This document shows positions 33,159 to 45,320 of a DNA stretch of 64,000 bases, one piece after another. The position numbers were made by a program, and so were the translations under genes. A model generated the notes under the pieces. It worked only from the letters and a program-made list of their open reading frames with translations, was not told the DNA's origin and ran no database searches. Source of the stretch: an uncultured delta proteobacterium (GTDB lineage Bacteria > Myxococcota_A > Polyangia > Fen-1088); contig CAWCMR010000025.1 of the NCBI GenBank assembly GCA_963796685.1, positions 384,001 through 448,000 on the forward strand. Direction: 5' to 3'. Every line of letters starts with the position of its first letter. Within the stretch, counting starts at the first letter, position 1.

Positions 33159-34397
33159 ATGAGTCGCAGCTCGACGCAGGATAGCAGCCCCGACCGGCAC
33201 GAGAATCCGGCAGAACAGCCTGCTCCATCGGCCTCGGTGGCCAGAGACTCGCCAACCAAGGTCTCCCTGGCAGGCGCGGAGTTTCGCCGCGCCCGAGACA
33301 CTTTCAAGACTGCCGCGGTAGCGGCAGGCGCCATCCTGGCCGTTGCCCTCGGTGTCTGGATCCTGGCGACAGCGCGCTTCGCCGTTGCGTTGACGGTCCT
33401 GTCGTTTCTCGTAGCCGTCGCCATGGATCGAGGCGTAAAGGTCTTCGAGCATCGGGGACTTCCGCGCCGCGTGGCCATTGCATTGGTCGTCTTGGCCATT
33501 CTTGGTGTGCTGACCGCACTGGCATTGCTTATTGTCCCAACGGCTGCCGAACAAGCAACCAACCTGATCAAATCGACTCCTCAGCTCATTGCCGAAGTGC
33601 GCCACTCGCGAGCCGTGGCCGTGCTCGATCGCGTCTTCCACATCAGGTCGGAGCTCGACAATCCGACGCGAAAGCTCGCCCACCTCGCAGAGAGTGAGCT
33701 CACACCCTTGTTGTCCCTGGTGGGCGGCGTGCTCACAGCCATCTCCGGGACCGTCGTCATCATCTTTCTTGCCATCTTCATGCTGGTCTTCGGCGGCCCG
33801 CTCATCGACCGCATGGTCGCAGAGGCCAGGCTCGAACGCCAGCCAACGTACAGACACGTGATTCAGAAGGTTCATCACGCGATAGGCGGTTATGTCACCG
33901 GGTTGATCGTGATTTGTTCGGTCAATGCGACGCTGACGACCATCTTTCTTGCCATCGACGACATACCGTTCTTTCTACCGCTCGGCCTGTTGAGCGGCCT
34001 GTCGAGCCTGGTCCCGTATGCGGGCCCGTTCATCGCGGGCGTCACCATCTCGGCCATTGCACTTGGCGCAGGCGGCATAGGTCATGGCATTGCTGCGGTG
34101 GCCTACTTCGTCGCATACGGGCAGCTCGAGGGAAATGTCTTGGCCCCCCTGATTTTCCGACGCACGGTGAATACCAACCCCCTCCTGGTAACCCTCTCCA
34201 TTCTGTTTTTCGCCCAAGTCGCGGGCATCCTCGGAGCAGTTGCTGCCGTCCCTCTGCTGGCTATCCTTCAGATCGTCATAGGCGAAATCTTGCGCCTCCG
34301 CCGCGCAGGATGGATGGAGCAACGAGCCTCCTCCGGGGCAAGTCGCGGAAAGGAAGAGGAACGTTACGGTGCTGACCCGGAAGCTTCGAGACGGTAA
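33159..34397 (+). CDS. AI-2E family transporter
   Basis: Multiple TM helices; IGGYVTG, VPYAGP, QLEGNVLAP, GILGAVAAVP. Confidence 0.92.
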   Translation: MSRSSTQDSSPDRHENPAEQPAPSASVARDSPTKVSLAGAEFRRARDTFKTAAVAAGAILAVALGVWILATARFAVALTVLSFLVAVAMDRGVKVFEHRGLPRRVAIALVVLAILGVLTALALLIVPTAAEQATNLIKSTPQLIAEVRHSRAVAVLDRVFHIRSELDNPTRKLAHLAESELTPLLSLVGGVLTAISGTVVIIFLAIFMLVFGGPLIDRMVAEARLERQPTYRHVIQKVHHAIGGYVTGLIVICSVNATLTTIFLAIDDIPFFLPLGLLSGLSSLVPYAGPFIAGVTISAIALGAGGIGHGIAAVAYFVAYGQLEGNVLAPLIFRRTVNTNPLLVTLSILFFAQVAGILGAVAAVPLLAILQIVIGEILRLRRAGWMEQRASSGASRGKEEERYGADPEASRR

Positions 34398-34471
34398 CGC
34401 TCGCGCGGTCGGCTGGTGCGGATAACTGAAGATGTGTCCAGAAATCGGCGATCAGGGCTCGCGTCCCACGA

Positions 34472-34487
34472 TGGCACGCCTCTTGAT
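34472..34487 (+). promoter_or_regulatory. Candidate sigma-54 promoter for glgX (GA instead of GC at -12)
   Basis: TGGCACG-CCTC-TTGAT. Confidence 0.4.
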
Positions 34488-34592
34488 GTGCTGAATTCCC
34501 TCACCGGGGTTGCAACGCGCAAGCCCTGTGAGGCGCCGAGCTATGCGTGCTCGGCCTTTGACCGCCCACCCAGCACCGGAGGATCGTAGCCC

Positions 34593-36815
34593 ATGCCCAA
34601 ACCAGCCCGCATCGACCCCGGACCCGATCCTAGATTTGCCGTTTTGCCCGGCACCCCCTTCCCACTCGGCGCAACGGTGGTGGAAGGAGGCACCAACTTC
34701 GCACTGTTTTCCGAGCACGCGCAGCACGTCTACGTCTGCCTCTTCGAGGAAGGTGCTCCCGGCAAGGAAGTCGGTCGCTACGAGCTGCGCGAAAGGACCG
34801 CCCATGTCTTCCACGGCATGCTTCCCGAGATCGGCGTCGGGGCACTTTATGGATTCAGGGTCGAAGGGCCCTTTGCCCCTTCCAAAGGACACCGCTTCAA
34901 CGTCAACAAGCTTCTTATCGACCCCTATGCGCGCGCCCTCCACGGCGACCTCGATTTCAAGGGCCCCATTTACGGCTATCCCCAGGGTGCAAAGGAAGGC
35001 GACCTCGGCTTCTCAAACGAGGACGACGCTTGGGCGAAGCCCAAGTCGGTGGTTCTGAGCGACGCTTTCGATTGGGGCGACGACCGAAGACCACGGGTTC
35101 CCTGGAACGATACCGTCATCTACGAGGCGCACGTACGAGGTTTGACCATGCGCCACCCGGACGTGCCCGAAGGCCTGCGCGGCACGTACGAGGCGGTCAC
35201 TCATCCCGCCATCATCTGGCATCTCAAGCAACTCGGAGTCACTGCCATCGAGCTTCTGCCCGTGCACGCCAAGCTGGTGGACGGATACCTCGTCGAGCGC
35301 GGCCTCACCAATTACTGGGGCTACAGCACCATGGGCTATTTCGCTCCCGAGCAGAAGTACGCTCGGGCCACAACCGTCCCGGGATCACAGGTCGCGGAAT
35401 TCAAGACCATGGTCAAGAACCTGCATGCGGCAGGCATCGAGGTAATTCTGGATGTCGTCTACAACCACACCGGGGAGGGCAACCAAGGCGGTCCGACCCT
35501 GTCTTTCCGCGGAATCGACAACTTGCTCTTCTACCATCACAGTCCCAAAGACGCGCGCTTCAACATGGATTTCACCGGGTGCGGTAACAGCCTGAACCTG
35601 GGCGCCCTCTATGTCATGAAGACCGTGCTCGACAGCCTCCGTTATTGGGCCGACGTCATGCATGTCGATGGGTTTCGGTTCGACGAGGCGACGACCCTTG
35701 GTCGCATGTGGCCCACCTTCGCCTTCGACCGCAACGCGGCCTTCTTTCAAGCCGTGCACCAAGACCCGATCCTTTCCCAGCTGAAGTTGATCGCGGAGCC
35801 CTGGGACACCGGCGAGGGAGGCCAGCAGCTGGGCCACTTCCCCGTCCTGTGGTCGGAATGGAACGTCTCCTATCGCGACACCGTCCGCTCCTTCTGGAAG
35901 GGCGATGAGAACCAGGCCAGCTCCCTCGGCCATCGCATGACCGGCTCAGCCGACATCTTCTTGCCCGGAGGCCGTCGGCCGCATGCCAGCATCAATTTCG
36001 TCACCAGCCACGACGGCTTTACGCTGCATGACCTCGTGACCTACGAGAAGAAACACAATGAGGCCAACAAGGAGGACAATCACGATGGGCTGGATGACAA
36101 CCGTGCGTGGAATCACGGCACCGAGGGAGAAACCGAGGACCAAGGCATCAACGTGCTCCGCGACCGCACCAAGCGCAACATCCTGACCACGCTCTTCATC
36201 TCCCGCGGCGTTCCCATGCTGACGGCAGGCGATGAGATGGGACGCACCCAAGAAGGCAACAACAACGCCTATTGCCAAGACAACGCAATCTCATGGGTGG
36301 ACTGGAGCTTGGACGAACGACGGCAGGCGCTTCTGGATTTCGTGAAACGGCTGTCGCGATTGCGTCACGGCGAGGGAGTGCTCCGTGAAGACTACTTCTT
36401 TCGCGGCGACCGCATCTGGGACTCTCCCCTAAAGGACCTTGCGTTCTTTCGTCCCGACGGAACCGAGACGACTCCCGACGATTGGAAGGCGCACCACGTT
36501 CGCTCCTTCGCTTGCCTCCTCGGGGGAGAAACCCTAGTGGTACCCGACAAGGCCGGACGCCGTCCCCTCGGCAACACCTTGCTGATGCTGCTCAACGCCC
36601 ACCACGAAGCTGTCGACTTCACGCTCCCGGGCTTGATCCGGGGACTCGGATGGGAGGTCGTTGTGGACACGTCACGTGGCACGCCTTCCGGCTCATCCAG
36701 ACTGGTAAACGAAGCCAAGGTCCACGTCCCCGAGCGCTCGATGATGGTCTTGCGCCAAACGCCCTCGCAACCTGGCACCCGTGACGTTCCCGAAGCCCCC
36801 AGCAAAACCTACTGA
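34593..36815 (+). CDS. glgX: Glycogen debranching enzyme (GH13)
   Basis: PLGAT, GTNFALFS, LIDPYA, NYWGY, DVVYNHT, DGFRFD, IAEPWD, HDGFTL, GNNNAYCQDN. Confidence 0.96.
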   Translation: MPKPARIDPGPDPRFAVLPGTPFPLGATVVEGGTNFALFSEHAQHVYVCLFEEGAPGKEVGRYELRERTAHVFHGMLPEIGVGALYGFRVEGPFAPSKGHRFNVNKLLIDPYARALHGDLDFKGPIYGYPQGAKEGDLGFSNEDDAWAKPKSVVLSDAFDWGDDRRPRVPWNDTVIYEAHVRGLTMRHPDVPEGLRGTYEAVTHPAIIWHLKQLGVTAIELLPVHAKLVDGYLVERGLTNYWGYSTMGYFAPEQKYARATTVPGSQVAEFKTMVKNLHAAGIEVILDVVYNHTGEGNQGGPTLSFRGIDNLLFYHHSPKDARFNMDFTGCGNSLNLGALYVMKTVLDSLRYWADVMHVDGFRFDEATTLGRMWPTFAFDRNAAFFQAVHQDPILSQLKLIAEPWDTGEGGQQLGHFPVLWSEWNVSYRDTVRSFWKGDENQASSLGHRMTGSADIFLPGGRRPHASINFVTSHDGFTLHDLVTYEKKHNEANKEDNHDGLDDNRAWNHGTEGETEDQGINVLRDRTKRNILTTLFISRGVPMLTAGDEMGRTQEGNNNAYCQDNAISWVDWSLDERRQALLDFVKRLSRLRHGEGVLREDYFFRGDRIWDSPLKDLAFFRPDGTETTPDDWKAHHVRSFACLLGGETLVVPDKAGRRPLGNTLLMLLNAHHEAVDFTLPGLIRGLGWEVVVDTSRGTPSGSSRLVNEAKVHVPERSMMVLRQTPSQPGTRDVPEAPSKTY

Positions 36816-36961
36816 ATGAGCTTTCGTCCACCGATGAGACGCACGAGCACGACCACAATGGCAAGAACCAGTAGAATGTGAATATACCCGCCCATGGTGT
36901 AAGAGCTTATGAGGCCGAGTAGCCACAGGACCACCAGCACGATTGAAATAGTCCAAAGCAT
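36809..36961 (-). CDS. lmo0937-family small membrane protein
   Basis: MLWTI..VLVVLWLLG...GGYIHILLVLAIVV; SD upstream. Confidence 0.9.
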   Translation of the reverse strand: MLWTISIVLVVLWLLGLISSYTMGGYIHILLVLAIVVVLVRLIGGRKLIQ

Positions 36962-37028
36962 GAGTATTGCCTTTCCTTGGAGAATGTCTTTCGCCAAACG
37001 TCGCGGTTCGGTTCCTGATCAAGGAGCA

Positions 37029-37044
37029 TGCCAAGCAAATGCCA
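37029..37044 (-). promoter_or_regulatory. Candidate sigma-54 promoter for the lmo0937-family gene
   Basis: Minus strand TGGCAT-TTGCT-TGGCA (GG-N10-GC). Confidence 0.55.
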
Positions 37045-37109
37045 AACCACTCGGTCACGACATTTCACGAGTGACGCTTCGCCGAACATCCTGCCGACGT
37101 CGGCACTCG

Positions 37110-37155
37110 GTCACGCCTATGTAACCCATCTGCCTTCTTGTCACGTACGCGTAAC
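37110..37155. promoter_or_regulatory. Two tandem GTCAC-N6-GTAAC dyads 30 bp apart (candidate activator binding sites)
   Basis: GTCACgcctatGTAAC at 37110-37125 and GTCACgtacgcGTAAC at 37140-37155. Confidence 0.6.
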
Positions 37156-37272
37156 TCCATCAAGCGAGTTGTTCACTTCCCAATTGAACCCTCTTCGTTC
37201 TCTGCTAGATGCTGTCATCACACGCAACTGGCTGGCGAATAAAGTAACCTCTTGCTCAGGTCTTGTGCCCAA

Positions 37273-38691
<1,419 letters not shown>

Positions 38692-38701
38692 CGTGGCGTC
38701 T

Positions 38702-39268
38702 TCAACCGGGAAACTCCTTCAAGTCATTTGCACCGTCGCTGATGACCATCTCTGCTTCGGCTCGCGCCGGATTCTCGACGTGGGTGTCGGAACCATCAGT
38801 CGCGACATCTGAAACCGGCGTGACGCCGCCACGAGACGTCGCATCCCCTGTTCGCCATGCGAGAATGTCTCGAATCGCCTCCAGCGTACACGCCTCTGGC
38901 GCACGGAGCAGAATGTCGTTCAGCCCGATGATGCCCTCGAGACGCTCGTCATCGCCAAGGACCAATAGCTGGGCGACGCCTTCCCTGCTCATGATCTCGA
39001 CAGCACGTTGCACTGGGCAGTCGGGCGGAACGAATTCACCCGGGCTCGACATGATGTCATCCACCCTCGTCAAGTCGGCAACACGTCCCTTGGCGACCAC
39101 CCGCATGACGAGATCCCTGACAGTGACAACTCCCAGCACATGAGCGTCCGGGCCGCAAATCGGCAGCAGGTCCACGCGATGCATGGCCATCAGCCTGGCA
39201 GCCTGACTCACAGAGCACGCGTCAGGAATCCATTGCACCTCTTTCCTCATGATGTCTCTACAAAACAT
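38702..39268 (-). CDS. CBS-domain protein
   Basis: CRDIM, AARLM, GVVTVRD, VDDIMS, GIIGLND. Confidence 0.9.
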   Translation of the reverse strand: MFCRDIMRKEVQWIPDACSVSQAARLMAMHRVDLLPICGPDAHVLGVVTVRDLVMRVVAKGRVADLTRVDDIMSSPGEFVPPDCPVQRAVEIMSREGVAQLLVLGDDERLEGIIGLNDILLRAPEACTLEAIRDILAWRTGDATSRGGVTPVSDVATDGSDTHVENPARAEAEMVISDGANDLKEFPG

Positions 39269-39305
39269 GGTTCAACTCCTTCCCTCTTCTTCAAAAAGAG
39301 ATTCA

Positions 39306-39321
39306 GGCAAGAAGTGTTCCG
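39306..39321 (-). promoter_or_regulatory. Weak candidate sigma-54 promoter for the CBS gene
   Basis: Minus strand CGGAAC-ACTTC-TTGCC. Confidence 0.4.
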
Positions 39322-39364
39322 TTCGACACCACGTAACTCTGTGCAATAGCGATCACTGCGCTAT

Positions 39365-39380
39365 TGGCCCAAAACATGCA
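39365..39380 (+). promoter_or_regulatory. Candidate sigma-54 promoter for the general-stress membrane protein
   Basis: TGGCCC-AAAAC-ATGCA (GG-N10-GC). Confidence 0.5.
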
Positions 39381-39418
39381 TTGGATTGTGTGTATGTTGC
39401 ACGTGAACGCAGGGCAAA

Positions 39419-39955
39419 ATGTCAGGTAGAACGTCAGTATTCGGAATTCTGACGACACTTCCCCAGCTGAAAGAGGTCGTCGCCAACTTGAGATCTGCCG
39501 GCTTCCGGTACGACGACATTTCGGTGCTCTTCGCGGACAGGAGCGGCTCCAGAAATCTGTCGTTGGAAAAGCACACCAAAGCACCCGAGGGTGCAGCCGC
39601 GGGGGCGGGCACCGGCGCTGTCCTTGGTGGAGCCTTGGGATGGCTGGTCGGCATCGGGGCGCTCGCTATACCGGGGCTCGGGCCCTTCATCGCCGCAGGC
39701 CCGATCATGGCCGCGCTGGCAGGAGCCGGGGCAGGTGGCGCGTTCCTGGGATTGACGGGTGCCATGGTGGGGCTGGGCATTCCGGAGTTCGAGGCCAAGC
39801 GCTACGAGGGCATGGTGACGAGTGGTGGAATACTCATCTCCGTACATGCGGACGGCTCCGAATGGGCGCAGCGCGCGGAAGCAATTCTCTCGCGTGGCAA
39901 CGCTACAAGTGTGTCACGCGCAAACGAGGCACCTGGCGAGATGATAGGGGCCTGA
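39419..39955 (+). CDS. General stress protein (17M/DUF3341-like) with a glycine-zipper membrane hairpin
   Basis: GF..DDISVL, TKAPEGA, IPGLGPFIAAGP, GIPEFEAKRYE. Confidence 0.85.
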   Translation: MSGRTSVFGILTTLPQLKEVVANLRSAGFRYDDISVLFADRSGSRNLSLEKHTKAPEGAAAGAGTGAVLGGALGWLVGIGALAIPGLGPFIAAGPIMAALAGAGAGGAFLGLTGAMVGLGIPEFEAKRYEGMVTSGGILISVHADGSEWAQRAEAILSRGNATSVSRANEAPGEMIGA

Positions 39956-39975
39956 TGATTTTGCCGGCTGTCTGC

Positions 39976-41443
39976 TCATTGCCCGAGCGGCCCCGTCTTC
40001 GACTGGCGCGGGGCACGGATACCGAAGGTTCGGCGCAAGACCAATAGTGCGGCATTGTATCCGCACATTCCGTGGACGCCCCCTCCAGGTGGGGTCGAGC
40101 CTCGAGCACAGGTAGATCCCTGGCGTTGGTGTCGCATAGGGAGACCAGCGCAGGGTCGGTCGCATGAGCATTTGACCGATATCGTTGGCTCCCCCTGTGA
40201 TGTCTCCTCCCTCGTAGTTCTGGTTGTAGAGGCTGAGCTCTGCGGCTGTCATGGTGTGACGTGCCAGAATGCAGTCGCGAAAGCCCGGCGCGAATCGTTC
40301 GACTTGTCGTTCTACGGCCAAGGTCATATTCTTCGTCGATCCGTTGGGGACGTGACAATAGGCCCAGCCCGTGTGCTTCCCTGCCGGTGCTCGACTCGGG
40401 TCGAAGAGGCTCTGCTGCGCGACCAAAACATAGGGACGCTCCGGGTGATAGCCTTCGCCAACTTCTCGTTCGGACTGGGCAATCTCTTCCAGGGTACCAC
40501 CCAGGTGCACGGTCCCCGCATGACCACATTCCTTGCTCCTCCACGGAATCGGACCGGCAAGCGCCCAGTCCAGCTTGAACGCGCCAGGGGCCGGGCGAAA
40601 CCGTTCGATGCGCTCCACGTACCTCTTGCGAAGTCGATCTCGACAAATGCGCGCCATCACCCTCGGGCTGGTATCGAATAGCACCGCCCGGGCTTCGGGA
40701 AGCTCGCGCCAATCACGGACCAAGCGGTCGGTTTCGATGATCCCGCCAAGCTCTTTCAGATGGTTCGCGAGCGCAAGAGCGATCGCTCGGGAACCGCCCT
40801 TGACACAGGGCCATCCCTTCACGTGCGCGGCCAAGAGCAGGGTCATTCCGATGGCCGAGCTGGCCGGCGCATCGAGAGGCAGAAACGCATGGGCGGCGCA
40901 ACCTGCCAGCAGTGCACGCGCGAGGGCTGTCGCGAAGGTACCACGAGCGAGGCGCTCGGCGGACTTGAAGGCTGTCCAGCCAAAGCGAGCCACCAGGAAA
41001 GGATGACGAGGCCATCGCAACGGTTTGAGCAATTCTGCAAACAGAAGAGGTGCCTGTGCAAGAAAGGGCTCGACCAGCTTCCGGTACGATTCGGCATCGT
41101 CCTCCAGTCCGTGGGCGGTCTCTTCGACGGAGCGCTTCAGCAGTGCCACGCGACCGTCGTCGAGCGGGTGCGCGAGAGCAACGGGAGGCTCGACCCACGT
41201 GACTTCACGAGTCTCCAGTGCCATGCGCTGAAACGCGGGCGATAGTGCCCCCATGGGGTGAATCGCCGAACAGACATCGTGCGTGAACCCTGGCAGGGTC
41301 AATGCAGCGCTGCGTGTGCCACCTCCGATTTCGCCGCGGGCTTCGAGGACGAGGACCGAAAGCCCCTGCTCGGCGAGCGTCACGGCCGCCGAAAGACCAT
41401 TCGGCCCTGAACCGACGATGATAGCGTCGTAACGTTCCGGCAT
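39976..41443 (-). CDS. Phytoene dehydrogenase-related NAD(P)/FAD oxidoreductase; frameshift near 40100
   Basis: [25 protein letters not shown]. Removing one base restores [13 protein letters not shown] and a stop at 39976. Confidence 0.9.
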
Positions 41444-41476
41444 CCATGAAGTCTATAGCGCTTCGGACCGCCGCGC

Positions 41477-44021
41477 TCACGCCAGCTTGCGCGCACTCTC
41501 GGGGCTAATCGCGCTCATCAAGGCAGACATCTCGACGGGCTTCACCAGGTGCGCGTCGAAGCCCACGGCTCGACTCTGCATAGAATCTCCCTCGCGGCCG
41601 TAGCCGGTCAGCGCGACGAGGCGCGGAGGCGAGCTCGACGGTCGGGCACGCACCCTTCGCGCGAGCTCGAAGCCATCCATCTCGGGCAGCCCGAGATCGA
41701 GGATGGCCACCTCGGCGGGGAAGACCTCGAGCCTGTCCAAGGCCGAGGGCCCGTCATCCGCCACCGCCACCTCATGCCCCAAGTCACGCAGGAGATCCGC
41801 CAACATTTCCCTGGCGTCTTCGTTGTCGTCCACGACGAGGATACGCTTTCCTTCCAGCGACACGAGGGGCGGTGTCTCGGCGTTCGGCACCTTCAAATCG
41901 ACCGAAACAAGGGCGGGGATGCGCACCACGAATTCGCTGCCGCGCCCGGGGCCCTCGCTCGTGGCAGCGACCGTTCCACCGTGCAGAGTGACGAAGCTCT
42001 TCACGAGCGCCAGGCCGAGACCAAGCCCGCCCTCGGAACGGGCAACCGTGCGCATCCCTTGTACGAAGGGCTCGAACACATGGGGAAGAAGGCTGGCTCC
42101 GATGCCTTCGCCATCATCGCGAACGCGGATAACCACCTGGCCATCTTCGAGCGCGGCGCCGAGCCACACGTGCCCGCGCGGCGGCGTGTACTTCGCCGCA
42201 TTGGTCAAGAGGTTGGCCACGACCTGGGCCAGGCGCAAGGGATCGGCGTACATCCACATTCCCGACCTGGGGGTCGACACGGCCAGGTGCTGCTCCCGCT
42301 GTTCAATGAGCGGACTGGCAATTTCGACGGCCTTGGAGAGAACGTCTTGCACTTCGACGTTGACGCGCTCGAGCGACAGAAGTCCTCGGGCCACGCGAGA
42401 CACATCCAGCAAGTCGTCGACCAACCTGCCCAGGTGCACGACCTGGCGCTCGATGACCTCCCGTTCGCGCATGGAGCGTTCGTCGCCGCGTAGTTTCAGG
42501 AGCTGGACAGCCGTGCTGATGGGCGCCAACGGGTTTCGCAGCTCGTGCCCGAGCATGGCCAGAAATTCGTCCTTGGACCGGTTGGCGGATTCCGCGCTGG
42601 CTCGCGCCGCGCGCTCCCCCTCGAAGAGCCTTGCCCTTTCGAAAGCCTGCGAACAGAGGTCGCTGACCGTTCGCAGGATTGACCGGTCGCCATCGGCAAA
42701 CTCACGTGGACTATCGAAACTCAGCGCAAGTGCGCCAACCAACGTGCCGTACGCCACGAGCGGCAAGGCCACGAAGGCTTCGAAGTTGCCGGCGCTTATG
42801 GCGTTGCGAAGCGCTGGGTACAGCTTCCGACAACTTTCGCAGGCTGTCGTAGAAAGCCGCCGTTCGTTCCCGTGCGGCGTCTGTGATCGGCGTGTGCACG
42901 GCGAGAGGAATCGACGTGTAGTTCACGGTCGCAGCCTCCGGGAGGCCACGCTCGCCGAACAGCTCGAGGTCTTTCCCGTCGGAGCCGAGCAGGTAGACGG
43001 CGCATGCTGAAGCACCCAGGGCGGTGACGCACTCATCGAGGACGACCTTCGATACATCCTCGGGTGTGACGGCTTCCGAGAGCGCCGCGGTCAACCGTTG
43101 CAAGCGCCGAAGCTTCTCTTCGCTCGCGCGCAACCGATGTTCGGCCGCTTGGGCCGCCTCGCGCTTTGCACGCTCGACGATGAGCCGGTACTCGACTTCC
43201 TCGGCGTGTCGGCGTTCGGTCAGGTCGCGCGTAATCTTGGCGAACCCGTAAACTTCACCATCTGCATTGCGAAGGACCGTAAGCGAGCCCTGGGCCCAGA
43301 AGCGTGACCCGTCCTTGCGCACCCGCCAGCCCATCACCGCGCGGGTCCCTTCCTTCAGAGCATCGCCAATCAATTGCGCGGGGACGCCAGCAAGGCGGTC
43401 TTCCGACGTAAAGAAGATCTCATAGGGCTGCCCCTGGATCTCCGCCGTCGGCCAACCCGTGATGCGCTCAGCACCCGCGTTCCAGCTGGACACGCGACCG
43501 CCAGCATCGAGCATGAAGATGGCACAATCCCGGACGCCATTGACGAAGAGCTGAAAGCGCTCCTCGCTGAGCCGCAACGCATCTAACATTCTGACGAGCT
43601 CGCCTCGGTCGCGCACGGTCGTGACGAAGATGGGCGTGCTCTCCCGGCAGGCCGCCCCAAAGCACCACTCGATGTCGCGCTCGCCGCCATCGCACATGAG
43701 GCCGGGAAGCTCGACTTGCATGAGGTCGGACGTTGCCGCAATCGGCGGTGCATCCGGCTGCCTCAGCCGCTCGGGAATCAGCATGTCCGTCGAGCGGCCC
43801 GCGAGAGCACCCGGCTCATAACCGAAGATGCTCTCGGCTGGCCTGTTTGCATGAAGAATGCACCGGAATGCATCGAAGGCGATCAGCGCCTCGGAAGCCA
43901 CCCCGAGAATTTCCGCCAGTTGAGCGGGGCGAGCCTCGACTTCAGCCAGTATCTTTCGAAGTGTCTGCTTTATCCCGCGTAGCGCGCCTCGTCCAGGTGG
44001 ACTCTGGGCTTCTTCCTTCAC
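41477..44021 (-). CDS. PAS-PAS-GAF hybrid histidine kinase with a receiver domain; frameshift near 42842
   Basis: SWNAGAE...RKDGSRFW, GAF domain, LGHELRNPL, NLLTNAAKY, GLGLGL, ILVVDDN, LDLGLP. Confidence 0.92.
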
Positions 44022-44118
44022 GACTGCCTCACATCGGTTTTGTTCTGATGCACCTGTCCTTCTTGTGGTTTCGCGTCTCGGTCAATGTGCAGTGTATTCA
44101 GCATGGCCTGGGACCCAG

Positions 44119-44134
44119 GTTACCGTCTCGTGAC
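44119..44134. promoter_or_regulatory. Third copy of the dyad, GTTAC-N6-GTGAC, upstream of the hybrid kinase
   Basis: GTTACcgtctcGTGAC is the reverse complement of the GTCAC-N6-GTAAC pattern. Confidence 0.5.
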
Positions 44135-44181
44135 TGTAAGGGAATGGATGCTACGGGGGCGGAACCGAGCTGGAGCAGTCG

Positions 44182-44784
44182 CTACTCTGCCGCTCTGCTC
44201 CGCGAGCTGGCGGAAGCGGTCTTCAGCTCATCGTTGATGTGGTGCACACCCTTGGTCGTGCGAGCGACCTGCAGTGCCTTCAGGTGCACCGTCTCGGAGG
44301 AGACCGTGCCTGTCAACTTCACCTCTCCCTTTCCATCCGTTTCCACGTGGATGGCGCTGTCCTTGAACTCGCTTCCCGTCGTGTACTGCTCCTTCAGCTT
44401 CGCCGTTATCCACGTGTTCGACACATCCTCTCCGACGGAAGCAACCTCCGAATGGATCTTCGCCTCGGCGCCTCGCGCCTTTGCCTTGCTGCTGTCTGGG
44501 GCCTGTTTTTGGGCCAGCGCGCTGTCGACTGCGATCCTGTTGTCGACCCTCGTGGCGCCCCCCGCCTTGGCCAAGCTTTCTGCTTCATCCCGGTCTGCCG
44601 CAGAGGGCACCTTCCCACTCAGGACGACTACCCGTTCGTATCGCACCTTTACGTCGCGTAGGTCCGTGTGTCCCTTGAGCTTGGCTTCGATGCGAGTTGC
44701 TTCCGAGCTTTGGCCCGCGAACGTGGGCGTCCCAAAACCAAAGACAATACCCAGGGAAACCAGTATTTCCATTAAACGCATCAC
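44182..44784 (-). CDS. Dual BON-domain (OsmY-like) exported protein
   Basis: Signal peptide, VVLSGKV, NTWITAKLK, IHVET..GEVKLTGTV, KGV; SD ggagg. Confidence 0.9.
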   Translation of the reverse strand: MMRLMEILVSLGIVFGFGTPTFAGQSSEATRIEAKLKGHTDLRDVKVRYERVVVLSGKVPSAADRDEAESLAKAGGATRVDNRIAVDSALAQKQAPDSSKAKARGAEAKIHSEVASVGEDVSNTWITAKLKEQYTTGSEFKDSAIHVETDGKGEVKLTGTVSSETVHLKALQVARTTKGVHHINDELKTASASSRSRAAE

Positions 44785-44837
44785 AGTACACCTCCAATAG
44801 TCGATGCAGCTTCAAGGAGCCGCTAGCCATCTGTACA

Positions 44838-44895
44838 TCCAAATAGCGTGCCAGCCATGGTCACCATCGCCCGATTGTGTGGCATGACGATTGCT
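44838..44895. promoter_or_regulatory. Back-to-back candidate sigma-54 promoters
   Basis: Plus strand TGGCATG-ACGA-TTGCT at 44880-44895 (near-consensus); minus strand TGGCACG-CTAT-TTGGA at 44853-44838 (imperfect -12). Confidence 0.65.
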
Positions 44896-44925
44896 CACCT
44901 ATGGAATTGTCGAAAGGAGATGCTC

Positions 44926-45285
44926 ATGCACATAGACCGGCTGGGGCGGCGTGCGATGAGGGCGAAGCTTAGGACATCCGGGTGGCATATGGCCTTTGCC
45001 CTGTTGAGCAAGCTCAGCGGGTGGCATCGCCGCGCCGGGAGTCAGACCGCTTCGCCATTGCAGGCGCCAGGCAAACCCGTCCAGGACGAGGGTGACGAGC
45101 GTAAGGAGCACGAGGAGCGCGAGGAGCGCGAGGAGCGCGAGGAGCGCGAGGAGATTGTCAGCGAGGTTCCTGCGCGCAACAGGACGTCAACCAGTGCGCC
45201 CGTTGTAGACCTCGGTTTGCCGGCTGTCGCCGCACTGGATGAGCTGTTCGAAAAGGCAGGCATTGACGAGGATTTGGGAAGCTGA
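44926..45285 (+). CDS. Small hypothetical protein with an EER repeat
   Basis: SD aaggag and a near-consensus sigma-54 motif upstream. Confidence 0.55.
   Translation: MHIDRLGRRAMRAKLRTSGWHMAFALLSKLSGWHRRAGSQTASPLQAPGKPVQDEGDERKEHEEREEREEREEREEIVSEVPARNRTSTSAPVVDLGLPAVAALDELFEKAGIDEDLGS
45103..45153. repeat. 9-bp tandem repeat (gaggagcgc) x4 plus flanking partial units
   Basis: Directly visible at 45112-45147. Confidence 0.95.
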
Positions 45286-45320
45286 GCGCGAGCTTGACAC
45301 AAGGGTGCAGAAGCGGCAGC

